Positions 9,516 through 18,218 of a DNA stretch of 64,000 bases are shown here, piece after piece. The DNA is from a virus (lineage: Duplodnaviria > Caudoviricetes). The DNA lies in the IMG/VR virus record IMGVR_UViG_2908416650_000002, positions 2,967 to 66,966 of that record; one strand, given 5' to 3'. Under the pieces are notes generated by a model that saw only the letters and a list, made by a program, of their open reading frames with translations, ran no database searches and was not told the DNA's origin. Position numbers and translations under genes: made by a program. The first letter of the stretch is position 1. Each line of letters begins with the position of its first letter.

Positions 9516-9608
9516 TGGCTCAATCTCGGCGAACCAGGCGGCGCGCATGCCCAGCGGGTGCCAGGCCTGTGTCGCGGCCTCGATGGCGCTGCACACACTG
9601 CCCTAGGT
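9516..9608 (-). pseudogene. N-terminal remnant of a phage C5 DNA cytosine methyltransferase
   Basis: Translates as T*GSVCSAIEAATQAWHPLGMRAAWFAEIEP, matching the recalled motif I region (TYGSVCSGIEAA...W...WFAEIEPF). There is an in-frame TAG at 9603..9605 and the rest of the gene is absent. Confidence 0.8.
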
Positions 9609-9672
9609 GAGAAAATTTCTCCGGTCTGGCAGCATTGAGAATTCTCCAAAATAAAATCATGGATGTTTAGAA

Positions 9673-10392
9673 ATGTCAGAAGAAAAACCAGTTAATCCTT
9701 TTAAGAAACGATTAAGAGCTTCGCCTGAAGCAAGGAAGAGGATGGCGGAGCATCAAGCGTTATCGGCAGTAGACGACTTGTCTGCATGGAAGTCGATTTA
9801 TCAGCTTTCGATTGAGTTGCGGAACTTTGAAATATCCCAGTTGGTGCAAAGAAATAATTTTTTCATGATCTTTCAAGGTGTTTTGCTTGCAGGTATATGT
9901 CAATCGGCAGGGCAAATTCCCGTGGTTAGTATGGTTATTTGTATAGTTGGTGCTCTAGTTGCTCTACTTCAGGCTGGCATGGCCGCCGGGGCGAAGTATT
10001 GGCAGGAACATTGGGAGCTGAACACGACTACCTCAGAAAGCGCCATGGTAGAGCTGCTGCAACGGCATCGTGTGATTCGATATATAATGTCTAGACAGAA
10101 AATGTCTATCGATAAAGGTATAGAGAATAGACTTTTGAATCGTCAGGCCTTTGTTACCTTGTTCGGAGGGGATTCAAACAGGGAAAAAATTCGGGATGGG
10201 TTGAAAAAGAGCAGGCCAAAAGCTTTTCTGCTTAATGAGTTAATTATGATGAGATTCTCGACAAGCAGGATACCAATTTATGTCGGGATTGTGCTTGCTT
10301 TTGGGTGGGTTACTTTGTTTGTTTGCACTTTTCGAATTCCCGGTCTCGACCTGCACGTTTTGGAAAGCATAACTGGATTTAAGCAGAAATAG
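9673..10392 (+). CDS. AT-rich membrane protein moron (about 3 TM), candidate anti-phage effector
   Basis: ELRNFEISQLVQRNNFF followed by hydrophobic helices, opposite to the early operon. Confidence 0.75.
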   Translation: MSEEKPVNPFKKRLRASPEARKRMAEHQALSAVDDLSAWKSIYQLSIELRNFEISQLVQRNNFFMIFQGVLLAGICQSAGQIPVVSMVICIVGALVALLQAGMAAGAKYWQEHWELNTTTSESAMVELLQRHRVIRYIMSRQKMSIDKGIENRLLNRQAFVTLFGGDSNREKIRDGLKKSRPKAFLLNELIMMRFSTSRIPIYVGIVLAFGWVTLFVCTFRIPGLDLHVLESITGFKQK

Positions 10393-10422
10393 GCGTATAG
10401 CAGTTTAGTAGATGGGTTCGAA

Positions 10423-10821
10423 TCAGGCTGCCTGCTCTTGCTGCTCCAGAGGCTTCGGCGGCCACTCCGAAAAGCCCACCCGTGGAGCCTTCGTCTTCGG
10501 GTTGACTATCGTCTTGCCCTTGGCGTCCACCAACACGGCCTTGGCCCTGATCTGCATATCGCGGCACCTCAGCGTTGTGCGGGCCAGCTCAATGAACTGC
10601 TCGGCGAACTGCGGCGCATCGAACAGCGGCGAGAGCTGGCGAACCGTACCCCCCCCCATGATCTTTTCGGTGCGCTTGGCGACCAGCTTCAGCCATTCAG
10701 CTTCCGGTATCGGCTCGACGCCGCCAGGAGCCTTCGGGTTCTTCCGGGTGCCGGCCGTTTTCTTGCGGGCCTCGGTCTTGGCGACATCGAGGGTCATTCC
10801 AAACACAGCGAAGGTGCTCAT
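10423..10821 (-). CDS. Basic phage hypothetical protein
   Basis: 132-aa ORF with a GGAG RBS. Confidence 0.7.
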   Translation of the reverse strand: MSTFAVFGMTLDVAKTEARKKTAGTRKNPKAPGGVEPIPEAEWLKLVAKRTEKIMGGGTVRQLSPLFDAPQFAEQFIELARTTLRCRDMQIRAKAVLVDAKGKTIVNPKTKAPRVGFSEWPPKPLEQQEQAA

Positions 10822-10916
10822 GGGTTATCTCCAAGCGTGCGCCTGCATCGTCGGCTGGCGTGATTCGTTAATTTGAGGTATTAAAATGAGGTTTTTTTCA
10901 TGGAAAGGGGGGAGCA

Positions 10917-11816
10917 ATGGAGCATGGGCAATGCAAGTTGTGTGGTTCCGCTGGAGAGTTGAAACTTAGCCATTTCATACCGAAGTTCGTGGGGAAGTGG
11001 GTTAAAGAAACCTCCGCGACGGGATTTATACGATTTAACGGTGATATAAATAAAAGAGCGCAGGATATTGCAAAGGACTACTGGCTCTGTGGCGTTTGCG
11101 AGCAACTTTTTTCTGGCTGGGAACGTGAGTTCGCTAACAGGATATTTTACCCATTTGTAAAGGGTGAAGCTGATTCCGTTAGTTACGGTGATTGGCTTGC
11201 TAAATTCTGCGCGTCAATTAGCTGGCGCACTTTAAGTTACATGCGGCACTTAAATGTTAGAGGTGACACGGAGCAGAGCGAAAAGGAGGCGCTAGCACTT
11301 AACGGGCTTGCCAATTTTATATTGGGTAATTCAAAGAGCCCTGGCATCTATGAGCAGCACATTTTTCCATTGGAACCTATTGAAACTACGAACGCTGATG
11401 TCCCAGTCAATATAAATCGGTATTTTTTGAGAAATATGCATATGGATGTTCTCTCCAGTAGTGCTGGTGAGTTAATGATATATACAAAGATGCCAAAGTT
11501 TATAATTCTCGGGCTTGCCGGCCATTCCCAGTCAAAGCTGATGCGCGCAAGCAGAGTGTCAATCAAAGGAGGGAAAATTTCCCCTACTAGTTATTTTTGG
11601 CCGGATGGTTTTGCTCAGTACTTATTTGAAAAGGCCAAAAAAGTCTCAGATTTATACAAAGGTATGGCACCCGCGCAGCACGGCATTATCGAGAGGGCAC
11701 TTATGAAGAACCCAGATCGCGCCGCATCCTCAGGTACTATAAAAGCATTTCAGCATGATGTTGAAATGTTCGGACGCAAGGTTTTTCTGCCCGGCGATGG
11801 TACTAGCTCCGAATGA
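10917..11816 (+). CDS. AT-rich moron with an N-terminal Zn/HNH-like finger
   Basis: CKLC...SHFIPKF...LCGVCEQLFS motif. Confidence 0.75.
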   Translation: MEHGQCKLCGSAGELKLSHFIPKFVGKWVKETSATGFIRFNGDINKRAQDIAKDYWLCGVCEQLFSGWEREFANRIFYPFVKGEADSVSYGDWLAKFCASISWRTLSYMRHLNVRGDTEQSEKEALALNGLANFILGNSKSPGIYEQHIFPLEPIETTNADVPVNINRYFLRNMHMDVLSSSAGELMIYTKMPKFIILGLAGHSQSKLMRASRVSIKGGKISPTSYFWPDGFAQYLFEKAKKVSDLYKGMAPAQHGIIERALMKNPDRAASSGTIKAFQHDVEMFGRKVFLPGDGTSSE

Positions 11817-11934
11817 TATTCCCTGGTTTTTGAAAAAGTAAATTCATGCAGTGCCCAACACCATCAGCGATAGCAATTTGGTTTGATATGGGGTATTACG
11901 GGTGACCGGCATGGAGCCGGATCAAGGAGAGGAA

Positions 11935-12153
11935 ATGAGCTACTTAAAAGATGTCTCAACAGGCTTAAAGCCGTTCAGCCCATTGACCACAGAAGACCTT
12001 TGTTTCGAATGTGGTGAGCTGATTACTGCTGGAGCGGTCCGATACGACGGATACGCCACTCCGGAAGAGCTTAAGTGCCTCTACCTTCATCCTAGCTGTG
12101 CGGCAATCGTTGGGCAGCGCTTGATTACAGACGGTTACCCCAACCGCCGCTGA
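11935..12153 (+). CDS. Small Zn-binding hypothetical protein
   Basis: CFECG and HPSC motifs with a GAGG RBS. Confidence 0.55.
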   Translation: MSYLKDVSTGLKPFSPLTTEDLCFECGELITAGAVRYDGYATPEELKCLYLHPSCAAIVGQRLITDGYPNRR

Positions 12154-12179
12154 TCATTTTTAAAAGAGTGTTAACCGCC

Positions 12180-12782
12180 TCAGGCTGTGATGCGCTCGCC
12201 AATCACCTTGGTGGTGAAGCTCACCGAATACTCGGTTGTCAACTCGAACAGGCCGTTGCAGGTGTCGCATTCCATGTTCTTGTCGCCGTAGTCCTCGGTT
12301 TCAATGTGGATCACGGTGGCGCAGTGCGGGCATTTGCATTTGTCCAGGTTGCGATAATCCCACTCGTCATAATCGGTCTCGGCGACCCTGGCCAGCGCTG
12401 CGGCTTTCGCAACGGCGTCTTCTGCGTCCTGGCAAGGTTTGCAGGTGAAGCCGTCAGGATGGCCCCACGGTGTTTCCGTGAGCTTCGAGCGGTGAGTGCT
12501 GCACAGGCGGCAAACATTATGTTTGTCGCAAACCGAGTAGCTGTACTTCTCACCGGTTCCGTTGCACTTGGCGCAACCAGAAACCCAGTACCAGGCGCCA
12601 TCGATTCGCTCGGCGTACAGGCCGTTTTCCGGGGGGCGCAGGCTGACTTCAGGCAGGTCAGTAGTGGTACGGTGAAATCTGTGATGATCCGCCCCGTTCC
12701 ACACGTTGAGGCTGCCGTTACGTTGGCGCTGGGTCCACTCACCCGGGATCTCCGGGATCAGGATCTTCGTGTTCTTGTCCAT
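12180..12782 (-). CDS. Cys-rich multi-Zn-finger phage protein
   Basis: Several CxxC pairs and an AGGAG RBS. Confidence 0.75.
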   Translation of the reverse strand: MDKNTKILIPEIPGEWTQRQRNGSLNVWNGADHHRFHRTTTDLPEVSLRPPENGLYAERIDGAWYWVSGCAKCNGTGEKYSYSVCDKHNVCRLCSTHRSKLTETPWGHPDGFTCKPCQDAEDAVAKAAALARVAETDYDEWDYRNLDKCKCPHCATVIHIETEDYGDKNMECDTCNGLFELTTEYSVSFTTKVIGERITA

Positions 12783-12891
12783 GGATTATCTCCTGTCAGG
12801 CGCCGCCCTCCGTTACCGGTGGTGGCAATTTGGTTTGGGGTAGGGTATTTAGTCGCGTCGGCAAGCGAACGAATTAACTCAGGGATAGGTA

Positions 12892-13416
12892 ATGCAAGCT
12901 CCTACAGACAATCTTTATAAATTCATGGCAATTGCAGGGTTAATCTGTTTTTTGTTTTTTTACTTCGATTACAGCAAAAGATACGTGTTGTTGAACGAGA
13001 GCATCAACTCTGCTCGCATGGATACTGCTGTTATAAGCGCTAAAATCGAGGCGTATCGAGGGAAACAGTCCTATGTCCAGCAAAGAATTAAAGAGGCTGA
13101 GCGCGACAATCTAAGTCTTGAAGTTTATACGAGTATTCGAAAGTCTTGGGAGGATAACTTGCCAGGCCTTGACGAGCTTGTCTTGCTACAAGCGAAGAAT
13201 GTGCAGAGCGTTGAAATAATTAAGGAGTCCCGAGCTGAGCTTGATTGGCTATTCCGGATCTATCTAGGTCTCGGGATGACTTCGCTTCTCCTATGTTTGT
13301 ACGGTATGTATCTTTGGTATTTCAGGACCCAAAGATTTTTAGATTTAAAGGAGAAAAATGTCGTTCCTCCACGTACGAAGTCTAAATTTCGTGAGACGTT
13401 GCCTAACAGAAAGTAA
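12892..13416 (+). CDS. AT-rich 2-TM membrane protein moron
   Basis: N- and C-terminal TM helices flank a coiled-coil loop. Confidence 0.75.
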   Translation: MQAPTDNLYKFMAIAGLICFLFFYFDYSKRYVLLNESINSARMDTAVISAKIEAYRGKQSYVQQRIKEAERDNLSLEVYTSIRKSWEDNLPGLDELVLLQAKNVQSVEIIKESRAELDWLFRIYLGLGMTSLLLCLYGMYLWYFRTQRFLDLKEKNVVPPRTKSKFRETLPNRK

Positions 13417-13492
13417 AATGGAGTGCGCCGGATAGTTGCAAGCTGTCAGCTCTCTATGTGTTGGTGATAGATATTGGGATTCCTCGATACTT

Positions 13493-13960
13493 TCATTCGC
13501 TCATTTTTAGCGATTCAGCAAAGCCTGCATTTCGTAATTTGCGCGCCACGGTTTCGGATATCTCATAACCGTGGCGCTTAATTTCGAAGAGTGGCGATGA
13601 CTTCTCGGCGCCAAGCGAGTGGGCATGTGCGATCAGTCGCCAGATGGTAGCCCGGTCCTTTGTTTCGCCCAGCTCGGCAGTGAACGTTGCCAACCGGTCA
13701 CGCATTCCCTGGCGGAAGTAGTGGCGGATGATGTCGGACGGCCCTTTGACTTTCGGCGGCGCCGCCGGCATATCCTCGGCCCGGCCATTCAGCACCAGCA
13801 GCTGCACCGCCTCGCTGACTTCTTCGATCTCATGCCAGCGCATCAACTCGTCGAGCATCTGCCGGGTGCCGTACGGGACCGTGTGCCGCAATTCCTGCTC
13901 GCCCAGCTCCTGCCGCTTCTCGGCAAGCTTGGCCGTGCGTTCCTTCTGTTCGGCTGCCAT
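13493..13960 (-). CDS. Phage hypothetical protein (possible DNA-binding regulator)
   Basis: 155-aa ORF with a GAGG RBS. Confidence 0.7.
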   Translation of the reverse strand: MAAEQKERTAKLAEKRQELGEQELRHTVPYGTRQMLDELMRWHEIEEVSEAVQLLVLNGRAEDMPAAPPKVKGPSDIIRHYFRQGMRDRLATFTAELGETKDRATIWRLIAHAHSLGAEKSSPLFEIKRHGYEISETVARKLRNAGFAESLKMSE

Positions 13961-14029
13961 GGCCTACCTCTTCTATTCCGCTGGCCGGCAGTGCGAGCCA
14001 GGTTTGACGTTTGCGTTGCTGGGTGCGGG

Positions 14030-14623
14030 CTATGCGGCGCATCGAGTGGCCCTCCGGACCAGCTTTGGATAGTCGATCCCGTGCGCCGCGATGATCCGCT
14101 CGAATGCCTTGCTGCCGATCGCCAGCTTCCCGCAGCACTGTCGGCGGGAAATCCCCAGTTCCTTGAAGGCCTTGATGCGCTCGGCGAACTTCGCGTCGCG
14201 CTCCTTATCGACCGTGTTGTGCACCAAGTTCCGGGCGCCGCCTCTCGTTGGCGCCTTGAACGTGATGTCGTACCGGGCGGCGTAGTTGTAGATGAGACGA
14301 CGGCTGACACCGAGTGCAGCAGCTACTTCGGTTTGGGTGTGCGTAACGCCAAGCTGGCGTATCTGCTCAGCCAGCTTGAGTCGCTCCTGGGTGCGGATAT
14401 CGTCTTTATCGAGCGGCAGGGGAGTTGCCTCAACCCGGCGCCGAACAAACGGCTTCGGCGCCGGCGGCATCTGGTTGCTGTAGGTGATTGGTTTGGGCTT
14501 GTAGCCGATGGGCGCCGCTTCTTCGATCTGGCCGCCGCCGGCCAGGAACTCGGCGACCTGGGCCGCGAGTTCATCCGAGGCCGGGCGTAGTGCCTCGACC
14601 AGGCTTAGGTGGTTGCTGATCAT
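14030..14623 (-). CDS. Phage protein with HTH-like segments
   Basis: TQTEVAAALGVSRRLI helix-turn-helix-like motif. Confidence 0.7.
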   Translation of the reverse strand: MISNHLSLVEALRPASDELAAQVAEFLAGGGQIEEAAPIGYKPKPITYSNQMPPAPKPFVRRRVEATPLPLDKDDIRTQERLKLAEQIRQLGVTHTQTEVAAALGVSRRLIYNYAARYDITFKAPTRGGARNLVHNTVDKERDAKFAERIKAFKELGISRRQCCGKLAIGSKAFERIIAAHGIDYPKLVRRATRCAA

Positions 14624-14630
14624 GAAGGCC

Positions 14631-15194
14631 TCACTTGATGCGTATCGAGCTATCACCGCGCTCAAGGTGTGCCCATTTGGGCTCTTCGATCAGTTCGTGT
14701 TCGGCGTCCTCGCCAGCGGCCATTCGCTTACGCACCGCCTCGTTGTGATCGCGGATTTCCTTGAGCTTGGCGGCGATGGCCTTTTTGTCTGGCGTGATGC
14801 TTGATTTCACAGAGGTCAATTCGTCCGGAACTGCTTCTTCGTTATCAACGATCACCCGCTCACTGCCCATGGCCAATGTGATGGTGAACAAGGGGCGCTT
14901 GATCGATTTGATGTTGGCGGCTTCCATGTTGCGGCGCAGGTAGTCGCTGATCTGCGAGACGCTGTTGGATTTGACGCGCTTCAATTCGGCCAGGCGCTCA
15001 ATTTCGTTTTCGATAGCAGTGACGTCGCTCTCGATATTCCGGCGCAGCATGACGATGTTGTCGGCCTTGATGTTGAAGTCGCCCTGGATCTCGTCCATGG
15101 CGTACTGCAGGGCCTCTTTCAAGCCCTCGTCGTCTGTATCGGCCATGGCCTGTAGTTCGGCGAGCTTACCGGTGAGTGCGTAGAGTTGAGTCAT
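14631..15194 (-). CDS. Siphovirus Gp157 family protein
   Basis: MTQLYAL...KADNI...EIERL...PDKKAI...SIRIK pattern. Confidence 0.85.
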   Translation of the reverse strand: MTQLYALTGKLAELQAMADTDDEGLKEALQYAMDEIQGDFNIKADNIVMLRRNIESDVTAIENEIERLAELKRVKSNSVSQISDYLRRNMEAANIKSIKRPLFTITLAMGSERVIVDNEEAVPDELTSVKSSITPDKKAIAAKLKEIRDHNEAVRKRMAAGEDAEHELIEEPKWAHLERGDSSIRIK

Positions 15195-15934
15195 GCTGCG
15201 GCCTCCGTGCCTTTCTCAAGCACAGCTTTGCGCTCCTCGAATGCTCGAGTGATTCGCGCGATGAAGGTGGGTTCGTTGCGACGAGTTGCCTCGCGGATGT
15301 ATTTCACGTTCAGAAGCTTGAGTTCGTGAGTCGTGACGGCTTTGCAGATGGTTTCGACCGCTGAGGCAAGCCAGTCGACACGCTCTTGTTTTTGGCGAAG
15401 TATCTCGGCGTCCTTGTCCTCGGCTTTTTCAAGCTTAAACTCTTCGGTGATGGTGTCGACGTAGGTCGGATCGTCGAACATGCCCATGTAGATGTCGGCG
15501 GCGAACCCCAGGGGCTGCAGGCATTTACCGATGGCGTCCGTCAGCGATTTTTTTGCCGCGTCCCAGTCAGTAAGAATTTTTCCCTGCTGCAGGTAGATAA
15601 ATGGCGTATGGCCGTAGTGCTGCACCGTGCATTTTTGCCCGGCGTTGCCCAGGTACCAAAGTTCGATTTTTACGGTGTGCAGCTTCGCGCAGATCGTTGG
15701 TGCCTCCGGCCACTCTTTTGTGGGTGCCTGGAGCGGTGCACCCTCGTCGAATCGATCCTCCAGGACGCTCCAGCCCCAGCCCTCACCGCATGGTCCGAAA
15801 ATTTCTGTTGCCTTGCGCATGAGGTAGGTTGGTCTGATCGCTGTGCCCTTAAAGCCACCTGCGCCAGTGTATTTTTTTGTAGCGTCAGGGTCGGTTGTGT
15901 TGACCTGATCCCAAATTCTCGTGTTCTCGGACAT
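15191..15934 (-). CDS. Single-strand annealing recombinase (Rad52/Sak-like)
   Basis: TEIFGPCGEGWGW and DAAKKSLTDAIGKC...LGFAADIY motifs, paired with Gp157. Confidence 0.75.
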   Translation of the reverse strand: MSENTRIWDQVNTTDPDATKKYTGAGGFKGTAIRPTYLMRKATEIFGPCGEGWGWSVLEDRFDEGAPLQAPTKEWPEAPTICAKLHTVKIELWYLGNAGQKCTVQHYGHTPFIYLQQGKILTDWDAAKKSLTDAIGKCLQPLGFAADIYMGMFDDPTYVDTITEEFKLEKAEDKDAEILRQKQERVDWLASAVETICKAVTTHELKLLNVKYIREATRRNEPTFIARITRAFEERKAVLEKGTEAAA

Positions 15935-17028
15935 TACTTATTCCTCCAGCCGTCAGCACGCTTGACCAGTTCCTTGAAGGAAGCTGCGGGCAGCCTGCTC
16001 AGGTATTTTTTGTTGTCGCGGTACCATTCTTCCAGGGCAGCTTTGGGTGTCTGGATGGCCACGACGTGGGCGACCTGCTGTTTGTATGAGGTCGAGTTGG
16101 CGACTTGCGAGTGGAATGTCCGGCTCACCACTACGGTGTTGGTCATTCCCTGCTTGACCAGGGTGTTCAGCTCTTCCTGGGATTGAACGGCAATGGCGCC
16201 CGGGTGCTTCTGCTGGAACAACCTGTAGCAGGCCTCTCTCACAAGCTCGGTGCTGCCGTACTCGACGTATTCAACGTCGAGAATTCCTGCCTCGATCTTC
16301 TCCGCCACTTCATCCAGGCGCCCGGTGTCGATCCAGGCGTTTTTGGATACCTGTTTCAAGTCCCAACCGCTGACCGTCTGGCGGTCACGCTCAAGCTGCA
16401 GGTATTCGGGGAGGATGTCGTAGCCGTAGGTCAGGTCGGTGTCGCAAACAAACAGCGTGCCGACGTAAAGCTTTCCGGGCCGGGAGGGCAGGATGTGGCC
16501 GTACTTGGTGCCGATCACGTCGCTCATTGGTGGCTGCATGCGCAGGCACATGCTGCGGATTTCCGCTTCGTCATGATCGGTGAGGCCGGAGACGACGAAT
16601 TCAACACCCTGGTTCTGCCGGTGCGCAGGGGTCTCGTTGATGCATAACACTTCGGCGTCAAACTGGTCGCTGTGCCGGAACTCTGGTACCCATTGTTTGT
16701 TGCCGTTCAGCACCTTCACGTCGTAGCCATTCCGGGTCAGCACCAGCAGGGCGATTTTGTAGCCCTCGCCGAAGCTGCCGATGGCATCTGTGCGGTCAGA
16801 CTTGGACGTGCTGCCCAGCACCAGCGTGCTCGCCTCGAGCCTTGCAAAGCGGCTGGTGATGAACAACTGGCCGTCAGCGAAGGCATATTCGAAAGGTGAC
16901 TCACTATCCAGGGCGTTCTGCACCAGCTCCCGGATGGCCTCTTTCAGGCCCCAGTGACGGACGTAATCGCGGGACAAGGGAAGTTCATAGGATTTGGAAC
17001 GGATGCGATCTGCAATTGCTGCGAGCAT
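15934..17028 (-). CDS. GHKL (HATPase/MORC-like) ATP-binding protein
   Basis: AIRELVQNALD N-box and LGSTSK...IGSFGEGYK G2-box, with a GGGAG RBS. Confidence 0.8.
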   Translation of the reverse strand: MLAAIADRIRSKSYELPLSRDYVRHWGLKEAIRELVQNALDSESPFEYAFADGQLFITSRFARLEASTLVLGSTSKSDRTDAIGSFGEGYKIALLVLTRNGYDVKVLNGNKQWVPEFRHSDQFDAEVLCINETPAHRQNQGVEFVVSGLTDHDEAEIRSMCLRMQPPMSDVIGTKYGHILPSRPGKLYVGTLFVCDTDLTYGYDILPEYLQLERDRQTVSGWDLKQVSKNAWIDTGRLDEVAEKIEAGILDVEYVEYGSTELVREACYRLFQQKHPGAIAVQSQEELNTLVKQGMTNTVVVSRTFHSQVANSTSYKQQVAHVVAIQTPKAALEEWYRDNKKYLSRLPAASFKELVKRADGWRNK

Positions 17029-17073
17029 GGCGATACTCCCGCGCCATCCTTGCGGGGCGCTGTGAGGCATTGG

Positions 17074-17190
17074 TTATTGAGTGATTTGATCAGCGAGGGC
17101 GCTTAGCAACATCAGGAAGGTGAAGAGGGCGAGGACCGGGAAAGAGCCGCGCCAGATCAGTAGGCGCCTGGTGCGCTGGCGGGTGGTCAC
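17074..17190 (-). CDS. 38-aa single-TM peptide (below the ORF track cutoff)
   Basis: VTTRQRTRRLLIWRGSFPVLALFTFLMLLSALADQITQ, with a GTGA overlap to the upstream gene. Confidence 0.55.
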   Translation of the reverse strand: MTTRQRTRRLLIWRGSFPVLALFTFLMLLSALADQITQ

Positions 17191-17381
17191 GGCCGAACCC
17201 TCACCGCAATTCGACCGCCCTTCATGGTTGCCGCCAGGCGCTTCGGCAAGGTTGCCACGGCACGGTCACGCGGTTGGCCGATCACTTCATTGAAGGGGAG
17301 GCCGAAGCCCAGCATGATCAGCTTGGACTCCACGTCGTCGAGCTGCTCGTCGATTAGCGATTTAACCGGTGCGGTGGTCAT
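17187..17381 (-). CDS. Phage hypothetical protein
   Basis: ATGA-coupled within the early operon. Confidence 0.65.
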   Translation of the reverse strand: MTTAPVKSLIDEQLDDVESKLIMLGFGLPFNEVIGQPRDRAVATLPKRLAATMKGGRIAVRVRP

Positions 17382-17569
17382 GCGTCCTCCTTGCGCTGCG
17401 TGGTGATCTTCAGCAGCCGCTGGCAGTAATGGTTGAATTCTTCGACGGTGATCGCGTCGCCGGTGAGCATGTTCGTGATCATCCGCACCACGACGGCTTG
17501 GGCGCCTGGTTCGCTGCTGGGATGCTCCAGTGCCTCCAGCGCTTCATCGATCAGGATGTGCGGGCTCAT
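17378..17569 (-). CDS. Phage hypothetical protein
   Basis: ATGA-coupled within the early operon. Confidence 0.65.
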   Translation of the reverse strand: MSPHILIDEALEALEHPSSEPGAQAVVVRMITNMLTGDAITVEEFNHYCQRLLKITTQRKEDA

Positions 17570-18003
17570 AGATCTGCATCCACATCGTCTTCGCGCTCTT
17601 CCCGTTCCGCCGCTACAGCGTCTTCGGCATACGGTCTCAAAAGCGCTACAGCGATCTTCTCGACCGCTTCAATGGGCCGTTGCTGGCCCAGCAGGTCGGC
17701 AGCGTGGGCCCGCGCATCGCTCTGGCTGCCGAGCATTGCCGACAGCAGCAGGCGGGCAAACGCGTCACGCTGATCCAGGCCGTCTATCTGGCGCTGGTTC
17801 AGATGGCCTTGCAGAACAGTGCAGAACCGGTCGAACGTCACAACCTGCGGCTGGCCGTAGCGCCGCTTCCACTTGATGTCGACGCCGCATACTAGGCGCT
17901 CTGCCGAATGCTCAAGCCAGTCGGTCACCTCGTTGCTATCGCTGACCTCTGGAGGCAACTGAGCGTCGTAACGCTCCTGGCAAATATTCAATGCTGCGTT
18001 CAT
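17566..18003 (-). CDS. Phage hypothetical protein
   Basis: GGAGG RBS before ATG 18003. Confidence 0.7.
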   Translation of the reverse strand: MNAALNICQERYDAQLPPEVSDSNEVTDWLEHSAERLVCGVDIKWKRRYGQPQVVTFDRFCTVLQGHLNQRQIDGLDQRDAFARLLLSAMLGSQSDARAHAADLLGQQRPIEAVEKIAVALLRPYAEDAVAAEREEREDDVDADL

Positions 18004-18218
18004 GGTCGCCTCCAAGGTGGCGGGTTGATCACCTGTATTCGTCAACACTCAAGCCTCCCGCTGGTTGCCGATGGGCGCGGGGGAGGAGTGCTGACGTAAT
18101 AGAGGTGGGGAAGGGAGACGCCTGTTTTTGCAGGGGCAGGCTCCCTGTTTCCTCGCTTTCCACAGTCGAGGGAAACCCATATGCTTCGATTTCCACAGTT
18201 GAGATAAGGAAGATCGAT

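Noticed and set aside
13830-14042. Arg-rich peptide MRRIARTQQRKRQTW as antiterminator N
   Set aside because: It is far from PL, overlaps the next gene and has no boxB evidence, so it is kept only as a weak alternative.
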